From Gemmatimonadota bacterium (GTDB lineage: Bacteria; Gemmatimonadota; Gemmatimonadetes; Palauibacterales; Palauibacteraceae), in contig JAZDDE010000064.1 in the NCBI GenBank assembly GCA_036679495.1, positions 631 through 64,630 on the forward strand: DNA of 64,000 nucleotides, written 5' to 3'. Of this stretch, positions 57,449 to 64,000 are shown in pieces. The notes beneath the pieces are model-generated. The model saw only the letters and a program-made list of their open reading frames with translations, was not told the DNA's origin and did no database searches. The position numbers were made by a program, and so were the translations under genes. Position 1 is the first letter of the stretch; every line of letters begins with the position of its first letter.

Positions 57449-57814
57449 TCACCCGGACCCGCTGCGCAGATCGTCCGCCAGTCCCTGGACGTACCGTATG
57501 GGGATCGTGAATGCGATACCCGTGGCTGGTTTCTCGGCGCCACCGCTGGACTGCTGAAGAAGCCTGAGAGCCGCCTCAACCTTCCCAGGATCATCGATAA
57601 CGCTGAACAGCGTACGGTTCTCCGGCCGCGAGCCCGAAATCAAGCTCTGTAGGCCGGCGAACGCGGGGATATCGTGGCCCAGCAGCTCTCCCATCCCCTG
57701 AGACTCGATGATCGTCGCACCCCGAATTCCGAGCTGCAAGAACCCTGTCAGAATTTCTTCAAGTTTTGCCGGGTCGGGGATCACGGCCACGAGCAGTTCG
57801 CACTCAGTTTGCAT
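57449..57814 (-). CDS. Small PII-like (GlnB-fold-like) protein, uncharacterised
   Basis: Start set at MQTECELLVAVIPDPAKLEEILTGFLQLGIRGATIIESQGMG.. The beta-alpha-beta pattern resembles PII-fold proteins. Weak, by-eye similarity only. Confidence 0.45.
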   Translation of the reverse strand: MQTECELLVAVIPDPAKLEEILTGFLQLGIRGATIIESQGMGELLGHDIPAFAGLQSLISGSRPENRTLFSVIDDPGKVEAALRLLQQSSGGAEKPATGIAFTIPIRYVQGLADDLRSGSG

Positions 57815-57979
57815 CCAATCTTCGTCGCGTTTGGGGTTATCAGTCTGTGCGCTTCGGTCGCGGCAAGCATAGAAGCGTGCGAGAAAGCATGTCAAGGCGC
57901 CACGGAACGGCCCTTCCGCGTTGCTCGCCGCTGCGTATGCCTCCTAGGTTGGCGGCGTGGATTCCCTCAGGAGGAGACG

Positions 57980-59272
57980 TTGAGCCACTTCAGAATCAAC
58001 GGACCGGCCACTTTGTCCGGAAGCTTCCGGCCGGCGGGCAACAAGAATGCGGCGCTACCGATTCTGGCCGGGTCGCTCATGGCACGGGATCCGGTTGTTC
58101 TGGAGAACGTTCCGGACATCCGTGACGTCCATACGATCATTGAGGTGCTTCAGGGGCTTGGCGCCATCGTGGAATGGACAGCCCCGAACACCGTAAGTAT
58201 CGATTCCGAGCACGTGTCGAGTGGCTCGGTCCCCGCACATCTGGCGTCCAAGATAAGGGCGTCTATTCTGCTTGCAGGTCCCCTTCTCGCACGATGCGGG
58301 GAGGTCGTGTTGCCACCGCCCGGTGGGGATGTGATCGGGCGCCGGCGAGTCGACACGCATTTCCTCGCGCTAAGCAAGTTGGGAGCGGAGATAGAGGTGG
58401 GCGCAGAGTATGTGCTACGCGGGAAGCGCCTGAACGGGACGGACATCTTCCTCGACGAGCCATCGGTGACCGCGACCGAGAACGCCATTCTGGCGGCGAC
58501 TACCGCCACCGGTACGACCCGGCTGAGAAACGCGGCTGCGGAGCCGCACGTTCAGGACCTCTGCCGATTTCTCACGGCACTTGGAGCGCGTATTGAAGGC
58601 GTCGGAACGCATGAGTTGACCATCGAAGGTGTGTCCGAACTCGGCGGCTGTACTCACCGTATCGGAGCTGACCATATCGAAATCGGAAGCTTGATCGGAC
58701 TGGGTGCGATTACCGGATCGGCCATCACGATCGAGGGCGTGGATCCCGAACTCGTCGATCCTCTTCGCGTCGGCTTTGGCCGCCTTGGAATACACTTCGA
58801 CTTGCGGGACGGAGACCTGAGGCTTCCGGCTGAGCAGGCGCTCGAAATCCAATCTGATTATGGGGATCAGATTCCTGTCCTGGGTGATGGCCCGTGGCCA
58901 GCGTTTCCTGCCGACTTGACTTCGATCGCCCTGGTCGTGGCCACGCAGTGCCGGGGAACAGTCCTCATTCATGAGAAGATGTTCGAATCACGGATGTACT
59001 TCGCGGACAAGGTCATCGGCATGGGCGCCAAGATTGTGCTCTGCGATCCGCACCGGGCGGTCGTAGTGGGTCCTGCGCGGCTCCGCGGCTCGACCGTTGA
59101 GAGTCCAGACATTAGAGCCGGAATGGCGCTCCTTATCGCGGCGCTCGCGGCCGAGGGTGAGAGCCGCATCTACAACATCCAGCAGATCGAGCGTGGGTAC
59201 GAGCGCATCGACGAACGGCTACGTGCGCTCGGCGCTGAAATCGAGCGCATCGGGGATGGCGCCTCGGCCTGA
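57980..59272 (+). CDS. murA: UDP-N-acetylglucosamine 1-carboxyvinyltransferase (Asp at the catalytic Cys115 position)
   Basis: TTG 57980 is preceded by AGGAGGA. GNKNAALPILAGSL..IRASILLAGPLLAR..PPPGGDVIGRRRVDTH..NAAAEPHVQDL..IQQIERGYERIDERLRALGA. Confidence 0.9.
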   Translation: MSHFRINGPATLSGSFRPAGNKNAALPILAGSLMARDPVVLENVPDIRDVHTIIEVLQGLGAIVEWTAPNTVSIDSEHVSSGSVPAHLASKIRASILLAGPLLARCGEVVLPPPGGDVIGRRRVDTHFLALSKLGAEIEVGAEYVLRGKRLNGTDIFLDEPSVTATENAILAATTATGTTRLRNAAAEPHVQDLCRFLTALGARIEGVGTHELTIEGVSELGGCTHRIGADHIEIGSLIGLGAITGSAITIEGVDPELVDPLRVGFGRLGIHFDLRDGDLRLPAEQALEIQSDYGDQIPVLGDGPWPAFPADLTSIALVVATQCRGTVLIHEKMFESRMYFADKVIGMGAKIVLCDPHRAVVVGPARLRGSTVESPDIRAGMALLIAALAAEGESRIYNIQQIERGYERIDERLRALGAEIERIGDGASA

Positions 59273-60012
59273 TGGACAGGTCGGGCGTGATAACCAACGG
59301 AATTCTTCCGGTGGACGGGTGGGCGGAGGCGCTGCCGGACGTCATTGCCGGCATAACAACAGCCGAAACCGGGCTCGATTTCGGAATGACGACGGCCCAG
59401 TCGCCGTGGGACCTGGCGGTCGGCTATGAGGCCTTGGCGCACAGCCTCGGTTTTTCCTCGGTTTGTGTGATCCGGCAGGTTCACGGAGACAAGGTTGTCA
59501 CAGTCCGGGCACCCGGTAATCCCGGCTTGAGCATTCTGGGCGCAGCGGACGGACTGGTCGGTGGGCCCGGGCAGCTCCTGGTCGTTACCGCTGCCGACTG
59601 TGTTCCCGTTTATCTGGCGGCCGACGGGGAGTCGGCCGTCGGCCTGCTGCATGCCGGATGGCGCGGCACCGTGGCCGGTGTGCTGAGCGCGGGTCTCACA
59701 GCTCTGGGCGACAGCTTCGGTGTGGATATCGAAGACGTGCATGTTCACCTGGGCGTCGCCATCTGCGGGGCCTGCTACGAAGTCGGTCCGGAGGTACTCA
59801 CGGCGTTTGGCGTGAGCAACGAGAGACCAGAGGGCAGGGGCACGATAGACCTAAGGGCACAGCTTGCTGGACAGGCGACTGTGGCGGGCGTCCCCAGAAG
59901 TCAGATTTCAATCTCCGAGCATTGTACTCAGTGTCAGGCCACCCGCTTCCACTCCCACCGGGGAAGTGCTGGCAAGGCTGGCAGAATGGCCGCCTACATA
60001 GGGCTTCTCTGA
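59272..60012 (+). CDS. pgeF: Peptidoglycan editing factor PgeF (YfiH / laccase-domain family)
   Basis: 246 aa. ..QVHGDKVV..TAADCVPV..LHAGWRGT..CGACYEVG..FHSHR. Confidence 0.85.
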   Translation: MDRSGVITNGILPVDGWAEALPDVIAGITTAETGLDFGMTTAQSPWDLAVGYEALAHSLGFSSVCVIRQVHGDKVVTVRAPGNPGLSILGAADGLVGGPGQLLVVTAADCVPVYLAADGESAVGLLHAGWRGTVAGVLSAGLTALGDSFGVDIEDVHVHLGVAICGACYEVGPEVLTAFGVSNERPEGRGTIDLRAQLAGQATVAGVPRSQISISEHCTQCQATRFHSHRGSAGKAGRMAAYIGLL

Positions 60013-60128
60013 ACCCTCCGTAGCCTCATTCCTACGGTTGCCCCGGACCAGCTTTTCCCTTATTTTCTTGTGCAAGTATTTTTGCTCGGGTGCGCAGGGC
60101 CGACCCGGGCGTAGAGCGATGGTCTTTG

Positions 60129-60160
60129 AAGTGGGGAAGCTCTTTCGGCCCCACTTTTTT
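60129..60160 (+). terminator. Intrinsic-terminator-like hairpin plus T6 run
   Basis: AAGTGGGG (60129-60136), a 12-nt loop, CCCCACTT, and the T run 60155-60160. Ends 5 nt before the annotated rimP ATG. Confidence 0.5.
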
Positions 60161-60165
60161 GTTGT

Positions 60166-60687
60166 ATGAAGCTCTGGTATGGCGGCCCGGATGCAGGGGC
60201 AACAACGGTGGAAAAAGAACTCGAAGAGTTCCTGGCAGGTCTGGGATTCGAGCTGGTGCAGCTGGAGCGAGGCGGCGGACGAAGACGCCCGCTGCTTCGC
60301 CTGCGCATCGATCATGTGGAAGGTGGGACTCGGGAGATGGGTGGAGTCACGCTCGAGGACTGCAGCCGCGTGAGCCGTGCAGTTGGTGAATACCTCGCAC
60401 AGCGTCACGGAGAGGCGGAGTACACGCTCGAAGTCTCCTCACCTGGTGTCGAGAGGCCGCTGGTCAAGGAAAGAGATTTTGAGCGTTTCGCGGGCTCGAC
60501 GGTTCGTCTTCAGGGCTATGAACCGCTGCGCGCGGGGGCGAAACAGGTAGAAGGGGAGCTCGTGGGGCTGGTGCCGGGTGAGGCGGAGCCGCGTGCGCTG
60601 ATTCAAGTAGAGGATGAGAAGCTCGAAATCCCGCTGTCGGGATTGGCTCGGGCAACGCTCGTGTATCGTCTGGCTGACGATCTCTAA
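60166..60687 (+). CDS. rimP: Ribosome maturation factor RimP
   Basis: 173 aa. ..LGFELVQLE..LRLRID...GVTLEDCSRVSRAV...YTLEVSSPGVERPL. Start uncertain (GTG 60208 is an alternative). Confidence 0.85.
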   Translation: MKLWYGGPDAGATTVEKELEEFLAGLGFELVQLERGGGRRRPLLRLRIDHVEGGTREMGGVTLEDCSRVSRAVGEYLAQRHGEAEYTLEVSSPGVERPLVKERDFERFAGSTVRLQGYEPLRAGAKQVEGELVGLVPGEAEPRALIQVEDEKLEIPLSGLARATLVYRLADDL

Positions 60688-60710
60688 GCGATAAAATCGA
60701 TAGGGCTCAT

Positions 60711-62183
60711 ATGAACGATCAGATTTCAGTGGTCGAGGCATTCCGTGTCATGACGGCGAACAAGTCGCTGTCAGATGAAGAGCTCCATGGTTTGATCAAA
60801 GACGGGATCTTGGCCGCCCTGACCCGCCACTTCGGTGGCCCGGTGGATGCCGAAATCCTGATCCTTCCGGACGGCGACATCAAAATCGTGGTGCTCAAGG
60901 AGGTCGTGGAGAAGGTTGAGGATCCGGCCCGCGAGATCCTTCTCGAAGAGGCCCGTTGGGACGATCCTGACTTTCAGCCCGGTGACCTGATCGAAATCCC
61001 GATCGCATTCTCCGATTTTGGCCGAAACGCCGTGATGGCGGCTAAGCAGCGCATCATACAGCGGGTTCGTGAGAGTGAACGAGATCGCATTAGGGACGAG
61101 TTCTCGGACATCGTAGGCGAGCTTGTGTCCGGCGAGATCCAGCAGATCGAGCGTGGCAAACTGGTCGTGATGCTGAATCGCGCTCGTGAGGCCGAAGCGG
61201 CCATCCCGTGGCGAGAGCAGAACCCGCGGGAGCGGTTTCGCCAGGGCGAGCCGATCCGGGCGGTCCTCAAGAAACTGGAAGAGACCCCTCGCGGTCCGAG
61301 GCTCGTATTGTCACGAGCGGATCCAGCCTTCGTACGCGCTTTGTTTGCGATTGAAGTGCCTGAGATCTATCAGGGAATCGTGGAGATCAAGGAGATCGTC
61401 CGTGAAGCGGGTGGGCGCACTAAGATCGCGGTCTCTTCCCGTGACGAATCGGTAGATCCGGTTGGCGCATGCGTTGGCTTGAAGGGTTCTCGCGTGCAGG
61501 CTGTTGTCTCGGAGCTCAGCGGTGAGCGGATTGATATTGTGCCGTGGCACCCGGATCCGGATATCTTCGCCCGCCGCGCGCTGGCGCCCGCCAAAGTCGC
61601 CAAAGTCATTTCGGATGCAGACCGGCATGTGGTGACGGCGATCGTGGACGACGATCAGCTGTCTCTGGCGATTGGCAGAAACGGTCAGAATGTGCGACTC
61701 GCGTCGCAGCTCATCGGTTGGCAGATCGATCTGTACTCCAGCCGGGACTGGATGGCCAAGGGAGCCGACACGCAGCTGTTCGGGGAAGGAGACGAGTACG
61801 AAGTCGCCGATTTCGCGCTGTCAGAACTCGAGGGAATCACGCCAGCCACGTTAGCGGCTCTGCAGGCAGCGGGTATCAACAAGTTCCTCGACCTGCTGGA
61901 CATGGAGCGGGACGATCTGCTCCAGGTGCCGGGTATCGGCGAAGAGGAAGCGACCTCGCTCGTCGCAATCATCGACGAGTTGACCGTGGAGGAAGAGATA
62001 CCCGAATCCGTGGAGACAGAGCGGCTCGGAGACCCCGCCGCTTCGGCTGAGCCCGTGGCGGAGGAGGAAGAGCAGGAGAGAGGCGTGACAGAGATCGAAG
62101 TGAGTGCTCCAGCTGCACCGGAAGAGGCGCCCGAAGAAGAGGTGGCGTCGGCGACTTCGGCGGATGGCTCTGCAGAGGACTGA
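60711..62183 (+). CDS. nusA: Transcription termination/antitermination factor NusA
   Basis: 490 aa. S1 (GELVSGEIQ), KH1/KH2 (GACVGLKGSRVQAV..LAIGRNGQNVRLAS), HhH C-terminal repeats, acidic tail. Confidence 0.95.
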   Translation: MNDQISVVEAFRVMTANKSLSDEELHGLIKDGILAALTRHFGGPVDAEILILPDGDIKIVVLKEVVEKVEDPAREILLEEARWDDPDFQPGDLIEIPIAFSDFGRNAVMAAKQRIIQRVRESERDRIRDEFSDIVGELVSGEIQQIERGKLVVMLNRAREAEAAIPWREQNPRERFRQGEPIRAVLKKLEETPRGPRLVLSRADPAFVRALFAIEVPEIYQGIVEIKEIVREAGGRTKIAVSSRDESVDPVGACVGLKGSRVQAVVSELSGERIDIVPWHPDPDIFARRALAPAKVAKVISDADRHVVTAIVDDDQLSLAIGRNGQNVRLASQLIGWQIDLYSSRDWMAKGADTQLFGEGDEYEVADFALSELEGITPATLAALQAAGINKFLDLLDMERDDLLQVPGIGEEEATSLVAIIDELTVEEEIPESVETERLGDPAASAEPVAEEEEQERGVTEIEVSAPAAPEEAPEEEVASATSADGSAED

Positions 62184-62203
62184 GTCAGGGACTTGAACAG
62201 GCG

Positions 62204-62527
62204 GTGACCGTGGAATCTGCCGGCGACAAGAAAGCGCTTGAGATTCTGGGTCTCGCCAGGCGAGCTGGCCGGACGGTGCACGGCGATAAAGGTGTAAGGC
62301 AGGCAGCGCGGTCCTCGCAGTTGCAGCTGATCGTGGTGGCCCGCGACGCCTCGGAGAACGCGAGAGCGCGGCTCCCGCAGGCGCTATGGAGCGAGGTAGC
62401 GGTGGTTCAGTGTGGCTCAGTGGCCACGCTGGGAAGGGCAATCGGCCGCGGACGAACGGCGGTACTCGGCGTGACGGACCGAGAGTTGGCGTCCAAAGTA
62501 ATGCAGGTACTCGACAGGCAGGCGTAG
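62204..62527 (+). CDS. L7Ae/L30e-family RNA-binding protein (YlxQ-like)
   Basis: 107 aa. [29 protein letters not shown]. Sits in the conserved position between nusA and infB. Confidence 0.7.
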   Translation: MTVESAGDKKALEILGLARRAGRTVHGDKGVRQAARSSQLQLIVVARDASENARARLPQALWSEVAVVQCGSVATLGRAIGRGRTAVLGVTDRELASKVMQVLDRQA

Positions 62528-62546
62528 CCGCAGCGGAGGTTCCAGG

Positions 62547-64000
62547 TTGGCAAAGTACAGAGTTTTTGAATTGGCTGAGGAACTAGGAGTTGAGAGCAGT
62601 CACCTCATCCAAATTCTACATCAAATGGACGTTCGCGTCCGGAGCCACATGTCCAGCGTGGATGAAGTGATGGTTTCGCGTCTGCACGCCCGCCTGGAGC
62701 GTGAACGCCGTACCGGAGATGCCGACGAAGCCGACGGAGCCGCTGGGACGCAGCGGCGCCGGCGGAGGAAGCCACCCAAGGTGGTAGATCCCGCTCCCGA
62801 CGAGGCCGAAGAGGCTGTGGCCGCCGAGTCGGCAGAGCCGGCTGCGGCTGAGTCGGAGGAGATCGAGGGGGCCAGTGAGACGGAGGCTCTTGAGATCGTG
62901 GCCGAGGAGGCGACCGAGGCCGCAGAGGCGGATCTGGGCGAAGTGGTTTCCTCGGAGCCCGAGCCGGCCGACGAGCATGCGTCGACCGAACCTGCTCCTG
63001 AGGCGGTGGAGCCGGCACCGACGGAACCTGAGGCCGGGCCGGGCCGCGAAGTCAAGCCCAGTCCCGTTCGGAGCGGACTCCCTGAGGCTCGCCCGGAACC
63101 CATGGCTCCAGCAGCGTCGGCAGGCCCGGGCGGTATGGTTCGCATTCAGGCTGAGGGCTACACGACGGATGGTCGGCAGCGGAGCCGACGAGAGAAGAAG
63201 CGAAAGGGCAGTGTTGACCGCGAGGCCGTGCAGGAGAACGTCAAGAAGACGCTGGCGGCTATGGGCGGTGGCACCAGTCGGCGTCGGCGTCGCGACACGG
63301 GTCCGACGCAGCAGGAGGTCGAGAAGGAGGAGCGCGAGGCCCAGGAGGAAGTGGAGCGAACGACGGTCCGGGTCAACGAGTTTCTCACCGTTGCCGAGTT
63401 GGCGGATCAGCTTGGAACTTCGGTCCAGGAGATCATCGCCTCGTCGTTCAAGAACCTCGGTTTGATGATCACGATCAACCAGCGCCTGGACTTCGACCAG
63501 ATCGAGCTGATCTGCGACGAATTCAACTTTGATGCGGTGAAAGAGGAGGCCTACGAAGCGGACCTGGTGGATGACCAGCTGGAGGCGGAGGACGAGACGG
63601 CGCTCGAGCCTCGTGCTCCAGTCGTCACCGTGATGGGGCACGTTGATCACGGGAAGACTTCGCATATCGGCGCCTATCACCTGGAGTTGCCGGATGGTAA
63701 GTCGGTGGCTTTCCTGGACACCCCGGGTCACGAAGCCTTCACAGCCATGCGAGCGCGCGGCGCGGAGATGACCGATGTCGTCATCCTGGTCGTTGCCGCA
63801 GATGACGCTGTCATGCCACAGACGATTGAGGCTATCAGTCACGCCAAGAATGCTGGCGTGCCGATGGTCGTGGCCATCAACAAGGTGGACTTGCCTTCAG
63901 CCAATGTTCTCAAGGTGAAGCAGGATCTATTGGCCAGGGAGGTCGTCCTGGAAGAATTCGGTGGTACGGTGCTCTCGGCCGAAGTGTCAGCCAAGACCGG
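62547..64000 (+). CDS. infB: Translation initiation factor IF-2 (5' part; continues beyond the window), with a 20-codon in-frame gap in the G domain
   Basis: TTG 62547 with GGAGG 7 nt upstream. IF2_N ([12 protein letters not shown]), acidic/PEA-rich linker, second IF2_N (VAELADQLG), G domain [34 protein letters not shown]. Not in the ORF track because no stop lies within the window. Confidence 0.9.
   Translation, partial: MAKYRVFELAEELGVESSHLIQILHQMDVRVRSHMSSVDEVMVSRLHARLERERRTGDADEADGAAGTQRRRRRKPPKVVDPAPDEAEEAVAAESAEPAAAESEEIEGASETEALEIVAEEATEAAEADLGEVVSSEPEPADEHASTEPAPEAVEPAPTEPEAGPGREVKPSPVRSGLPEARPEPMAPAASAGPGGMVRIQAEGYTTDGRQRSRREKKRKGSVDREAVQENVKKTLAAMGGGTSRRRRRDTGPTQQEVEKEEREAQEEVERTTVRVNEFLTVAELADQLGTSVQEIIASSFKNLGLMITINQRLDFDQIELICDEFNFDAVKEEAYEADLVDDQLEAEDETALEPRAPVVTVMGHVDHGKTSHIGAYHLELPDGKSVAFLDTPGHEAFTAMRARGAEMTDVVILVVAADDAVMPQTIEAISHAKNAGVPMVVAINKVDLPSANVLKVKQDLLAREVVLEEFGGTVLSAEVSAKT

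Noticed and set aside
62875-63465. A 196-aa Arg-rich plus-strand ORF inside the infB region.
   Set aside because: It is an alternative frame of the acidic/PEA-rich IF2 linker. The IF2 frame starting at TTG 62547 is continuous, with IF2_N and GTPase motifs.

Overview
This is a GC-rich, very gene-dense bacterial chromosomal segment. I support about 60 protein-coding genes and one tRNA. I found no rRNA, CRISPR array, transposase, integrase, phage gene or recognisable defence gene. Most gene junctions overlap by 1-16 nt, often as ATGA or GTGA, so much of the window reads as long translationally coupled operons.

The content is almost entirely core housekeeping:
- Pentose-phosphate: tal-rpiB-tkt.
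- DNA metabolism: mutS2, dnaG, recJ, pcrA.
- rRNA/tRNA modification: rsmD, rsmA, thiI.
- Lipid and isoprenoid block: uppS-cdsA-dxr-rseP.
- Translation: serS, gatCAB.
- Cell wall: murA-pgeF.
- rimP-nusA-L7Ae-like-infB.
- A rex-led block with arginine deiminase, thiolase, 3-hydroxybutyryl-CoA dehydrogenase, acyl-CoA dehydrogenase, leucine dehydrogenase and glyA.

Gene families such as TIGR04138/Minf_1886-like and the alternative GlmU-like LbH protein, together with the GC content, suggest a Gemmatimonadota-like organism. That is a guess I cannot verify here.

I did not find a convincing novel multi-gene system. The points most worth a second look are:
1. Five conserved or essential genes (tkt, rsmE, dnaG, gatC, infB) carry internal deletions or frameshifts relative to their family consensus. 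This pattern looks more like collapsed assembly gaps or sequencing errors than biology, but it needs read-level checking.
2. A perfect Rex operator lies directly upstream of rex and heads an uninterrupted ~10.4 kb, 11-gene string.
3. A STAS protein is translationally coupled to pta. It is followed by a single 789-aa protein fusing a pseudo-receiver, an RsbW-type kinase, a GAF domain and a PP2C phosphatase.
4. MurA has Asp in place of the fosfomycin-target Cys.
5. There are several small uncharacterised genes: a 9-aa-repeat secreted protein, a Zn-ribbon miniprotein, a 37-aa membrane peptide and a PII-like/DUF948/PLC-like trio.

All functional calls come from reading the translated ORFs and recognising motifs. 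No database search was run.
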